A stretch of 61,617 bases of DNA, filler included, from Choristocarpus tenellus KU-1152 (lineage: Eukaryota > Protista > Phaeophyceae): the NCBI GenBank assembly GCA_964200185.2. It is 8 parts of 8 records of this genome, joined end to end, with 100 filler letters (N's around TTAATTAATTAA, not from the genome) between each part and the next. Parts side by side here need not be neighbours in the genome. Positions count along the whole stretch, not along the records: positions 12,862 to 23,923 come from CAXNAD020002532.1; positions 24,024 to 36,100 come from CAXNAD020001992.1; 6 more parts are not named here. One strand, given 5' to 3'. The position numbers and the translations under genes were made by a program. The notes beneath the pieces are model-generated. The model saw nothing but the letters and a program-made list of their open reading frames with translations, did no database searches and was not told the origin of the DNA. Shown in pieces: positions 12,882 through 24,096 of the stretch (the first letter of the stretch is position 1; each line of letters starts with the position of its first letter).

Positions 12882-15800
12882 CATAATCCAAGTGACAATG
12901 CCACAATCTTGCACAATCCCGGGCCCCACCCTCATCTGCAACAACAAATGAACCACCACCCCCCTCCCCTGGCGGCACGTGCACTTTGAACCGATGATCT
13001 TTTTCTCCCCGCCTCTGCAATTGCAAGCAACCATCGCAGTGTCCATCAACATCAGCAGGGCAAGCTGGGGAGACTTCCTGCCCCCCCGGGATGGTTGACT
13101 TGGGTGGGAATGACCCTCCACTGAATGCTTCACTTTGATTTGAACCTACCTCAAGACCTACACATTGGCCAAGGCCTGGAGCAGAGCGTGAGCACGCTGT
13201 GAGTTCCCTCTCCAGATCGGAATCCGCATCCCCAGGCAGGTTCACACAGGGCGCGTCGATGTTGACTGTGTCATCAACACATCCATCTGTGCAAGAAGCA
13301 AGTTCGCGAGTTGAGTTTGGTAAAATGCACTCAAACCTTTTCCTACGGGTGGTGACAGATTGTACGGTGACTCTCGACAATCGTCCTCCAGCGTATTTGC
13401 ACACAGTGGCCAAGTAAATTTCCTGGAGAGTGTTCTGTGAGCCCAGTGGGCCTCCTGCGGAAAGCAACAACAACGACAGACAAAGATAAAGTTGGGGAAC
13501 TGGGTTTGCCAGAAATGGTGTTGATTCTTGGAGGGGTGGGAAGGTCGAGGTCCCACTCACACCAGAGACTGCCTCTCCCGAGGGATTGAATGCTGATTAT
13601 GGGATTCTACGGGTCACTGCTTAGCACTGTTGAATGTAAGAAAATATATTATTCCATTACATCTTTCATGCCTAACCCTAACCCTAAGATCCTTCGCAGT
13701 CAAACCCCATGCAATGAAATATAACAATCTAACCAAGGGTACCCAATGAACAAAGTGGAATTGCAATCGGAACATGGAAGGGACACACCAACAGACACAC
13801 AGCTGGCAAACCTCTACTAGGGCACACTCACAAGCATGGATAGAAATCCAAACGTGAAATGACACCTTGTAGTCCTGTATATTGTGATGCTGAGATTCGG
13901 TAACACCTAGTGCATTATCAAATTAGTCGAGATGGGAGGGCAAGATCAGACAAAGCACACTAATGGCCATACTCTCAGCTTACGGCCCTTGAGACTTCCC
14001 TGCTACCAAGGCCTCAGTGCCTGTCCAAACCTGTTTCCCATTCCTATTGTATTTTCCTATTTCATCGTGGCACACCTGTCATACATACCATCATCTACAT
14101 ACCACCATCTACATACCATCTACATACTATCATCTCCCATGGCACACCAACCCTCACCTCCTAGGAGCACCCCATCATCTATCCAGCCACCTGGATACAC
14201 TTTCCAGCTGCCCTCTCTGCCTTGGCAGCAGCTACCAATGTTTTGGCTGATCCCATTCAGTCCTCGTGCATACACCACTGCAACATGGCGTGTGAACACA
14301 GCTACCCACCCCCACCGTATGTCAGCCCCAATCACCTCCCACCTCTTTCCCCCCCTCTCATCTTGCGATAAGGACGGCAACATAGGCACTTCCCTGCTAA
14401 CTTCCTTCGCCCGATGCTCCGCTTCCTCAGGTCCCATTTCCACTTGTCGCCAGACCACCGACAGTTTCAAAACCCGCTCTGGGAAAGAGTGGGGTGAGGA
14501 GAGGGGGCTCTGGGAAGAGGTCACCCCTTGTGCAATCGAGACAGTGCCATGTTCATTGTCTGCCAAGGTGATCATTCCTGTCAACGATCCTGGATGCCGA
14601 CGACCAGGATTTGTTGATGGAGGGGATTCAGCACAGCCAACACGCCTTCCAACCGGGACAGACTTGGTCTCTCCAACTCCACCCTTGAAGCCATCATAGT
14701 CCTCCCTCCTGCTACCATGCCCGTCTTTTCTTACATCCGAGGTGTTGCTACCACCCTTGACCTGGGGTGCCCCAGGCAAGTCATTCTCTGGGATAGTAGG
14801 GCAAGTTGCGTGTCCGACACTGGCACTTTCCTCCTCAGGGAAGGTGTCATTCTGCAGTGAAGCAAGGTACCTTGGGCCCACAACATGGAGGGTGCAGTTC
14901 GAGTCATAGAGGGAAAGAAACCCTCCACTGCAGGCCATGCCATGGATCAAATAGGCTTGCCCTGCCGTAGGCTGGGGGATTTGCACCTCAGGGCTTGTAA
15001 CAAATCCTCCGAGTCTCTTTCCACTGATAGGGTCATACAACTCAGCTCCAGAGCCTTGTCTTGTGCAACACACCCATTCCGATCCACCTGACCAAGAAAG
15101 TCCTGCCTCTGACTCAATCCCATTTCCCACTTGTACTCTTTGCCCCCCACTGCTTTGAAGGGAGCATCCACCCTGGTGGACACCATCACTGATGTCTACG
15201 GTCGTAGTCGCTAGGCATGCAATGGAATTACCCTCTTGCAGTGGTGACAAAACCCAGCACACAAACTGGCCCTCTCTGTCCTCAAGCTTATCACGGGGGT
15301 GTTCCCCAGACACATCACCCAGCTTTTGTTCCCAATCACCTCCTGGTGAAGTAAGTTGCCAGAAGTTGGAGGTTTCAGATAGTTTATCAGGCATTTCAAC
15401 GTTGTCTGCCTGAGACCAATATTCACCACCACCATTCTTGGGAGTTGGCCTGGAGAGTGAGCCACAAGAGTTATAGTGCTTGTCTAGGTATTTTGGCTGG
15501 AACAGAAGCACTTGTCCATCCCAGCATGCTAAAGCAAGAGAAGCATTGTCGTTCGGGGAGAACGACACTGATGTTACCCTTGGAGTAGATAGCTGGTACA
15601 AGCAAAAAAGAGCAGGGGAGAGGGGGTCGGGCAGAGAGTGGAAGATGTTAAATCTATATAGCATGTGATCTTTCAATTCTGATTTGGAGGGAAAGAGAAC
15701 CAGCTTTAAAGTGGGTTTGAATAAATGCAAAGTGAAACTTTACGCAAGAGGGAAGGTGGTGCCCTTAACCTCTTACCGTAATACCCCAAATTGAAGCAGA

Positions 15801-16748
15801 ATCACTCCTTCCACCTCGTGTTGGCTGCGAGTCGCTACCTTTGAACCCTTGCCGTCCGCTCTTACCCCGATCACTGCTATTTCGCCGACGATTCGAGCGA
15901 GTCCTGGTTGATGCTCCCTTGGTTTTGCCCTTGTTCTCCTCACTGGAGGATGCCACTGTTGCAACATCCCAGATCTGGAGATGACCAGTCATAGATGCTG
16001 CGGCAAGGAGTCTAGAGTCCGGAGAAAAGGCTACGGCCACTACTGGATAGCCCACAAAGAGGGAAACACCTCCCTTCACGGATCCCCTGCAGGTCTGGTT
16101 TTTGGAGGCGCCATTTGTCGTGCCCATAGTACCACCACTCTCTTCCTCCGAGAGTACAGGATTGGCGAACAAGTTCAACTGCGAGCTAGGAAGCAGTACA
16201 ATATAACACTTGATGCCAAAGGACCCACCCACTACCACCAAGTACCGGAGCCACTCCCCTTCTGCCCCTTTCATCTTACAACACGAGGTGACTTTGCCCT
16301 CGAAAGCAATGTTTTCAGCGTGAACAAGGTGAAGGTCCGACCATGGTCTCGCCTTGAAACAATCTTCCCTCGATAAATCTGCGCTGGAAAAGCGACATCC
16401 CAAGGGGGTCGATGCAGAGTCCGAGAGGAGTGGACTTTGACTCTGCAGGCTGGAAGTCAGAGAGTTGGATGCACGGGTGTAGACCGAGAAATTAGCCCGA
16501 AAAAGCACCACCAAGACACAGCCATCCTCGGACCATGCGTGGTCTACAGCCCCCTCCTGTTTTCCCTTGTACAGAGTAAGGGGTGGTACGGCTAGTGTCA
16601 ACACGGCATCGAGGGTATCGGCAAAAACGAAGGGTCGGAGCAGTCCACTCTCCGTTATCAGGCTCACACCTCCGGGGAAGGCACGAAGGCAAGAATTCAG
16701 TGCTGCGGCTGCGGGATCGCATATAGCAACAGATTTGACCCTCTTCAT
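12882..16748 (-). CDS. WD40-repeat protein; three large exons, 3' end probably beyond the contig
   Basis: ATG at 16748; exons 16748-15777, 15592-14191 and 13454-~12882 join in frame through GT-AG sites. WD40 motifs VVAVAFSPDSRLLAAASMTGHLQIWDV and VTSVSFSPNDNASLALACWDGQVLLF. Confidence 0.8.
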
Positions 16749-17623
16749 GCACCACTAGACAGGTTGTCGAAAGCACTAAGATAGAACCCCGACTACACCA
16801 AGTAGGGATCGAAATCATTTATCGTAAGTTATCATTGGAGTAATAACTACATGGTTGTTCAAACTCGAGGCTCTGTGGTGTGGAGAAAGGCTCTGTGGCA
16901 AATATCCACACCAAAAAAGAACGTCCTAATCTCTACTAGTAATAGTGTATTTGTACCATCGTATCATAGTACTATTTCGTATGAGATGGGGCTGGTTTCT
17001 ACCATCTCTTTAAGGCTGGAGTGTGGGCAGGGACAAACTGAGTGGCTTGTCATTCATTCGAGATGGGATAAGCATGTTACTACGAGAACTAGGACCAATT
17101 CTTGGGCGATGGATGAGACACTTCTGACCACTCCTGTTGAATACAAAATCGACTGCAAGCTCAACCCCAGCACCATCAGCTTGCTCAATCCACCACCCCC
17201 TTGCTTGCCACTTGATCATATGCCTACCATTGGGAAAGTGAGGAAGTGCCATACGGTCTCTGGCCATCCGATTGTTCTGAGACCAGATGACCTTCCAGGG
17301 GAACTACTGAAGCTGTGCCTTGTTGAAGACTACATCTTTTGCTTCCATGATATCATTCGTGGGGTGTGGTGGAGAAAGGAGGTCCCTTAGAAGCAGAACT
17401 ATAAAACAATATATAAAAAAAGAAACCCATCCACAAGAGGAAGGATTGGGCTGACTGTAGTAGCTACAGGGGTATCTCGTTCTTAAAAGTACTCTACACA
17501 GTTGCACGATGTGCCTAGGAACCTAAGTTGAGCAGGGTGGGATATAACCAGAGGAACAATGTTGACTCCGACCTGGACGATTGACCATTGGCATGATGTT
17601 CCATTCATGGCGCACCTTCCTTA

Positions 17624-17891
17624 GAGTGAAAGTATCTTAGAGGGTACGAGTTTTGCCCTGTTTGTCCATTTGGGGCTTGACTTCCCATGTTTTGTTTTTT
17701 TATTACATTTTCTTACTCCAAAATATTTTGGAGTAGGTAAAATGCGTATATCACGAAAAGTTGTGTCCGAAACATAGATATTGACACTTCCTAACAAACA
17801 TGATATAGCCAAAATAAAAAATAAAAATCGCAACATTGGATTTTGACCCCCCCAAATGGACACGGCTCTACCCTCTAAGATAATTCGGCTC
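17624..17891. mobile_element. MITE family B inserted in the LINE remnant
   Basis: TIR GAGTGAAAGTATCTTAGAGGGTA; TSD TTA on both sides. Confidence 0.9.
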
Positions 17892-17983
17892 TTACTGGAA
17901 CTAGGGGAAGAGAAGGTCCCTTTAATAAATTTGTGTTTCATTTGACCTTCAGAAGGCGTATGACTCTGTTGATTGAGACCTAT

Positions 17984-18130
17984 AGCAGCCGATTTCAAAA
18001 ATTGAGGATGGAGCTTTTCATTGAGCGTTACAATACAAAAAAAAACATATCGACACTTTATCCCAGTCAATTTTGGGTCAAGCCCTTCCTCAATGAAAAG
18101 CTCCATCCTCAATTTTTGAAATCGATTGTT
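17984..18130. mobile_element. Small foldback element/MITE with a perfect 36-bp inverted repeat
   Basis: 17990-18025 (CGATTTCAAAAATTGAGGATGGAGCTTTTCATTGAG) is the exact reverse complement of 18089-18124; flanked by CTAT on both sides; splits the RT between YDSVD and LWTV. Confidence 0.8.
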
Positions 18131-19249
18131 CTATGGACAGTAGTAGTACTGCCCGTATTTGACGTGCCATCTAAGATTATGTTGATCGTCATTCATTGGT
18201 CAATTTCTCGTCGGAATGTGTGCTTGGGTGTAGATGGACAATGGGGGATGCTCAGACTGATTCAGTGTTCAACAGGGCCTCTGTCAAGCCAGGGTGTGTA
18301 TTCATGTTATTGCTGTTTAATCTCATCTTTTTTACTGAAGCGCTTACCATAGGTTTGGAGAACAGTATTGTCAAAAACAAAACTACGAAATGTCACTCTG
18401 GGTTTCATTGAGCAACTCTGGTTTCAAAATATCCTCAATTTGGAGTAGTTCAGCACCGAAGAGGATATCCCTGAAGAAGATTTTGTCTAGTCTGCCTATA
18501 TCACAGTAGTAGTATGTATGCCATTATGATAGCCGAACTCGTCATTTAATACTGCTTAGTGTATCACATCACATACTTCAACTAAGTGTACTTCATAAAT
18601 GAGCTGTTCATAATAGGAGTCGCACAATAAATAGTTCCACCACCGGTAGGAATCAGCATGGTTATATTGACTATATATTGCTGTGGTGGAGTTCTCCATT
18701 CTCCCCTAGGCTGACTTGCAATATACTATTTAGAATATACGAGCAAGAAATTCGCAGTGTTATGTGGGATCAAGTAAAATGGACCACTTTTTTTAACACC
18801 ATAGATAAGCCACCACATAGTCTGGTCGATCAAGGACTTGCGTTTCTGGCGGTCAAGGCAGTACCGAAAGTCTGGATCATTTCACTCATCAGAAATGTCT
18901 CGAGTTCCTGACACAGACTACAATCGCTGAGACCTTGGGAATTCATTTGAACCCAACCAAAAGTATAAAAAGGGGCGAACCAATGGCAGAACCTCAGAAT
19001 TCCTTCAAGTCGGGTAAAGTTGTCCTGATCGTGGTGTATTAATTGTCGGTGAGTGAAGCTCACCTCTGAGAAAGTAGGAAAGGAGAAGCAGAGGATTGCA
19101 GCGTGCGATGTATGGAAGAATTTATTGGGACTTCCTTTCTCACTGTGCAGCTCCTGTCTGTATAATGATGTAAGAGAATCACAAAAGCATGGCCTGTTCC
19201 ATCTCAAAATGCTTTCATTTTAATTGTCGTCGCACCCTCTGCTGGGGTG

Positions 19250-19950
19250 CTGAAGTCCATATACTCTTCTTCCCGTAGCAAAATTGCTTGGCGGATTGGC
19301 CAATCGAAAAGTCGGTAATATCTACTTGTTTACAACTCTGAAACGCATTGTGCTGCAGTCCACTGTTTGTATCGTTGTTTCCCACATAGGCAATACCCAT
19401 ATAATTTGCATGAAAAACCGTTGGAGAAACTACTGCACCCTGGAAATCAAAGGCTGATGTGGAGGAGCTGTCCCCCATCACCAAGCCCATAGCTTCTCTT
19501 TTCACAGTGATGGAAAGGTTGTGTCTGCTAGATTCCCCTAACCCACCTGAGGATCACTACTGCACAGCATATACAATACATACATCTTTGTGCCATGGAG
19601 GCTTTCCCTTTTGTACTATTCTCCTAGCATAAGAAATCTGATTAATGACAACTTCTTCTACCTCTCGTACTTACTTTCCGAATTTAGACTCTGGCACATA
19701 TGGTGCTTTGAGGTACTTCGATATCGCTACTGCAATACACAGCCCGGGATAGGCTTTGGCCAAGAATTCCTTGGGGTTGCCACACTATCGTCATCAATTG
19801 TAGTTTGCTCCAGTGCTCCAGAGTACCTGGTAAGGATTGGAGCAGCATGAACAACAAGAGATGAGCTTCAGACGTACAGCATAGCTGGATAAGGGTCAAC
19901 TCAGAGGGTTGCATAGACAAGCATGGTTCAACTCCACAGTCATATATTGT
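19250..19950 (-). mobile_element. Possible highly decayed Ty1/Copia RT-RNase H remnant
   Basis: Frame-broken similarity to Copia motifs: SYAV..L...SNP..V.W, then PTVFHANYMGIAYVGNN...KQVDI (compare PTxIxxDNxGAIxLAxN...KHIDI). Judged by eye only. Confidence 0.35.
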
Positions 19951-20622
19951 CAAGAACTGTCAAAAAGGAGGACGCACTTATCGCTGGTAAGTAAAGCCCC
20001 ATAATTGCCATGTGTACCATATGTGCCGCGTATGTGCACCCAAATATACCATGCAGTATGTTTCACGTAATGCAAACACATGAGTGAGGTACAAATTAGT
20101 TATTGGGCGGACCTTACTTATTTTAGTCATACAGGACGGTGTAGGTGTTGCTTGTCGACAAGATCTCTTCAAGGAGGAACAGGTATGAAATGAGCTATGT
20201 TATGATAGGATCTTTCTGCCCCACGGTTGCAAAACATGATGGCCGTGGTTGGGTCAAAAAGAGGCTCCAGAAATGGGGATGTCCAAGCCTACACACACAC
20301 ATCCATGTCAACCAAGACTGAGATGTTGGGGGGCAATGCAGTACAAGTGCATCGTTTTTAATTCATTGGAACATGTAGCAAATTATTCCTGGGCTGAATA
20401 GTCTCTCCTCTACCCCACACACCTTCATCAAGAAGCAACGCCTCACACTACCACAGCCGCACTATGAAGCATCAGTTCACTGCATACTAGAAAGGGCTGA
20501 GATCTGGAAATATCTTGTATGAGAAGTAAATTATATCCTCCAATAGTAGGCAGGGGTGCGCCAAGGAGTATCAAAGCACGCCCCCAAACTCCATCAAATA
20601 CCGGTGCAAATTTGACTTTCTC

Positions 20623-22095
20623 CTACCTGCACATGTAGCCAAATGTGCTCCCTTGCATCCTATCCAGGCAAACAATCTTACAGGTGTTACTGAGTTCAGG
20701 ATTGACCCATGATGAGGATTCGGTCACAGCACAAGGCAACTGCCAAGAGTAGGAGCACAGTGCGGGGGCCCTTTGCAACAGGTCTTGTATGTACCTCTTC
20801 ACCACAACACTCTGATCAACTCCCTCCACACTGTGTGCTGAAAAGGCTCCTTGATGTACAGGTTGTCCTTCCCCATGCTCAGCATCGCCCCCTAGAACAT
20901 ACATGGGCAATGCAGGGAAGCCGATCTCCCAGTCGCTTCCAATACTGGGGTCTGAACCGGCCCTGATCAGTTCCAGCACCACTTGCACGTGACCGCCGTG
21001 TGCAGCTATCGACAAGCTGGTGCCACCACTACTCTGCACCTCAGTGTGATCAGCTCCACTTGCCAACAACTCTCTCACCACCTCCACGTGTCCAAATGCA
21101 GCAGCAACACCAAGGGGGGTGAATCCATCCACCGTCTTTAAGTTGGCCGTTGACCCAGCCCCTAATAGCTCTTTCACAACTCTAACGTTCCCATTTATAG
21201 CGGCAGAATGAAGAGGAGTGGCCCCGTTCGTGCTCCCAGTGTTTGCGGCTGCCCCGGCCCTCAGCAGCTCTTGCACCACCTTTACGAACCCCTTTTCAGC
21301 AGCAAGGTGCAGGGGGGTGCAACCGTTATGTTTCACTGCTCCACAACCTGCCCCAGCGCACAGAAGCTCTCGCACCATATGCACCTTTCCATAAAGAGCA
21401 GCGACATGAAGGGGAGTAGAGCCATCATCCATCAGTCGACCATGATCTGCCCCAGCAGACAGTAACACTCTCCCCATTTCCACGTCTCCATATTGAGCAG
21501 CAGCATGAAGGGGTGTTGCTCCGTTGGAAGCGCCCATGTTGACCTCTGCCCCCGACCTAAGCAGCTCTTGTGCTACGTTTGCATGCGCCTTTTGAACAGC
21601 ACAGTGAAGTGCGCTGCCACCTTCCAAATCCTGCAGGTTGACAACTGCCCCAGCACCCAGCAGTTCCTGCACCACCCCCAGGTGCCCTTCGTGAGCAGCA
21701 ATAAAAAGGGGCGATGTACTATCTTCCATAATCTTCCAATTGATCTTTGCCCCAGCTCCCAGGAGGTCTTGCACCACTTGTGTATGCCCTGCTCCAGCAG
21801 CAAGAACAATAGGGGTAATACCGTACATCGCCACCGCTCCATGGTCAGCTCCAGCCCCAAGTAGCTCTCGAACTATCTTTTCATGACCATTTTTTGCTGC
21901 GTAATGAAGGGGTGTGAAGCCTGTAGTCGTCTTTGCGTTAAGCGTTGACTCGGACTCTAGCAGCTGACAGACTTTTCCCACCAGCCCTTCTTCAGCGGCA
22001 AAATGAAGGGATGTCAAGTCATTCGCCACCGCCAAAGACCCCACCGTCTCCAGCAATATTCGTATGGCATCCAACCGATCACGAAAGTTGGTCAT
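20623..22095 (-). CDS. Ankyrin-repeat protein (about 11 repeats)
   Basis: 490-aa uninterrupted ORF with 11 units of the TPLHxAA..G...VxxLLxAGA type; a donor-like CAG|GTAGG at the very end may lead to a further short exon. Confidence 0.92.
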   Translation of the reverse strand: MTNFRDRLDAIRILLETVGSLAVANDLTSLHFAAEEGLVGKVCQLLESESTLNAKTTTGFTPLHYAAKNGHEKIVRELLGAGADHGAVAMYGITPIVLAAGAGHTQVVQDLLGAGAKINWKIMEDSTSPLFIAAHEGHLGVVQELLGAGAVVNLQDLEGGSALHCAVQKAHANVAQELLRSGAEVNMGASNGATPLHAAAQYGDVEMGRVLLSAGADHGRLMDDGSTPLHVAALYGKVHMVRELLCAGAGCGAVKHNGCTPLHLAAEKGFVKVVQELLRAGAAANTGSTNGATPLHSAAINGNVRVVKELLGAGSTANLKTVDGFTPLGVAAAFGHVEVVRELLASGADHTEVQSSGGTSLSIAAHGGHVQVVLELIRAGSDPSIGSDWEIGFPALPMYVLGGDAEHGEGQPVHQGAFSAHSVEGVDQSVVVKRYIQDLLQRAPALCSYSWQLPCAVTESSSWVNPELSNTCKIVCLDRMQGSTFGYMCR

Positions 22096-22567
22096 GACGA
22101 GAGTTTGGCGTCCGCTACAAGTACAAGCACCTGCTTGCTATTGCGCTTTGTATTATGTATTCTCAGCCTCCAAGGCGGTTTCAACTTACACCGTGAGTTA
22201 GTTGTAGAGACGTGAATCTACCAAAAAAAAAAAGTGAGACATCTGGTCCAAAGCGATACTAGGATGCTCTGACCGACCCAGAGCACCAACAAGAAATACC
22301 CAAAAAGCAATATTGGAAAAGGAACACACCAAATCAGGACCTTGTGACCCAGTTGTTACCCGCACCAATTCCATTTATGTGAGTCATCCTTTTAAAACGG
22401 GCATGTGGTTCGATTATTCAATTCAATACCACAACCTCAACGACTAGTGTATACGTGTACTACTACATTTACTATTAATATCCTGTCTGTCCATGGAAGT
22501 TTACCAGAAAAACGCAGAGAAGAGACAGAGGGTTCTAGTATTTGTACTACATACAAATAGGTGTAGG

Positions 22568-22869
22568 TGTTACAGCAGTAGTAGTAGCATGGAATCGATA
22601 TGGGACAAAAACGCCAATTTTCATTTCATTTGGGCATGGATAGATCCGATTGGAGGGTTGCAAAGCCAGTCGTTTGAGGTGTGAGGGTCAGTTGGGGTAG
22701 TCTGATCGGACACAAGAGGCGTTAGGACTACGAATAATGCAATTCAGCTATTATTACATTATTGTGGATAACCCACGTCCTGTTTTGGCGTTTTTTGTTC
22801 GCACACTGGATGCTTTCCATGTCAGAGTGGGATTTTTTCCGTAACATTTGGTGTCGCTTGGCAGGACTC
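22568..22869 (+). mobile_element. Probable 5' LTR (22568-22846) plus primer-binding site (22849-22869) of an LTR retrotransposon
   Basis: TGTTAC...GTAACA termini; 2 nt later TGGTGTCGCTTGGCAGGACTC, whose reverse complement resembles a tRNA 3' end (GAGTCCTGCCAAGCGACACCA). An ATG at 22907 and stop-broken downstream sequence run to the contig end. Confidence 0.6.
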
Positions 22870-23882
22870 TTCTTGCAGTGTTTTGTTGGTTCCTTTTGTC
22901 TTGGTTATGTCTAGAAGGTCACCTGTCACTGATGGTAGAGTCAACCAGGAGGAGGAGTTGGGGCCGTCCTCCACGCCTCTGTTTCGTGGTGGTAGCCGTT
23001 TTGGTCAGGTATTATTTTGTTTGAACCTTGAGATATCACAAGAACTACCATGATATCTCAATGTTCAATACAACCAGAGAGAGGCTGTGAGATCAAATCC
23101 CCGCTGGACTGCATTCTTCCCGATTTCCTACAATGAACGGAAGGAAAAAAGTAGAACGAGGGGGGGGTCCAGGGAAGGGCATACGGGAAAACGACTAGAG
23201 TGAGAGAAGTCCGCTCGGAGAGAGCATGCAATTAGTAAGGTGATAGCCCACAGCTGGGGAGGTGCCCAGACTCTGATTTTGCTGAACTTTGAGATACCAA
23301 CCCCGCGAGATATCACCTACACAACTATCTGCCACAGTGGAACAGTGGTGTTTCAATGTTTATCGTACTCTACCAGTCCAAATAATGGCTACCAGATTGG
23401 GGAGGTTTGGTAGACTAGAGAAAGCAAGAGTGCGTGTGGAAGGTTGTGAGGGCTTGATTTCTTTATCTACGTCGTTAACCTTGTTCCCCTTAATGCCCTG
23501 ATTTCAATATGTATTTTTTAGGACCTGAAATTCCATTCGTTGTTCTGTTCTTCCATGATTTTCCTCTCTGTTGGTTAGATGAGACGTCATTTTGTGTCTG
23601 CCAAAGTGGTCAACTTGTGAAGCTGGTGATGGCCTTGATCTGAATTGATGCCTACTTATGTCAGCTTGGAGCTGGGTTATAAATTACGAAGGTTGGTACA
23701 TTATTTCACCTGGGTGCATACCTATGTTGAAATGCAAGGAGGAGAGGAGATTGTAAATTCAACAGAGTCGGTTGCAAGTTGGGCCGTAAACGCCTGTTGG
23801 TGGGAATGTTGATTGCTTGGAAAAAGAGCTTACGCTTCACTCTATCATTGCTTAAACAAGGTACCTATGGCCAAGACGAGAC

Positions 23883-23923
23883 GGCTCAAAGTATCTGGGA
23901 GGGGGTGGCGGCTGTCCATTTGG
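23883..23923. mobile_element. MITE family A end at contig break
   Basis: GGCTCAAAGTATCTGGGAGGGGGTGGCGGCTGTCCATTTGG. Confidence 0.8.
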
Positions 23924-24023
23924 NNNNNNNNNNNNNNNNNNNNNNNNNNNNNNNNNNNNNNNNNNNNTTAATTAATTAANNNNNNNNNNNNNNNNNNNNN
24001 NNNNNNNNNNNNNNNNNNNNNNN

Positions 24024-24096
24024 CACCCAAAAATCACAACATGAAAAAATTGACCTCAAATGGACAGCCGCCACCCCCTCCCAGATACTTTGAGCC
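24024..24096. mobile_element. MITE family A end at contig start
   Basis: AAATGGACAGCCGCCACCCCCTCCCAGATACTTTGAGCC, the reverse complement of the same end. Confidence 0.8.

Larger units (their letters stand above)
17050..18350 (+). mobile_element. Degenerate LINE (RTE-like) reverse transcriptase remnant, interrupted by two insertions
   Basis: RT motifs appear in order across frameshifts: PDDLPGELLKL..FHDIIRGVW..EVP; HKRKDWADCSSYRGIS; PEEQC*LRPGR; DLQKAYDSVD; FSVQQGL..GCV..LLFN. Confidence 0.85.

Noticed and set aside
13932-14699. 255-aa + strand ORF and other antisense ORFs over the WD40 and ankyrin genes
   Set aside because: Shadow frames of real coding sequence with no motifs of their own.
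17621-18352. Overlapping ORFs with shared peptides (LRMELFIE, NEKLHPQFLKS)
   Set aside because: They are translations of the two arms of the inverted repeat.
23883-24096. One MITE spanning the gap
   Set aside because: Both sides carry the same end of family A in opposite orientation, whereas full copies have two different sub-terminal ends; the contigs simply break at repeats.
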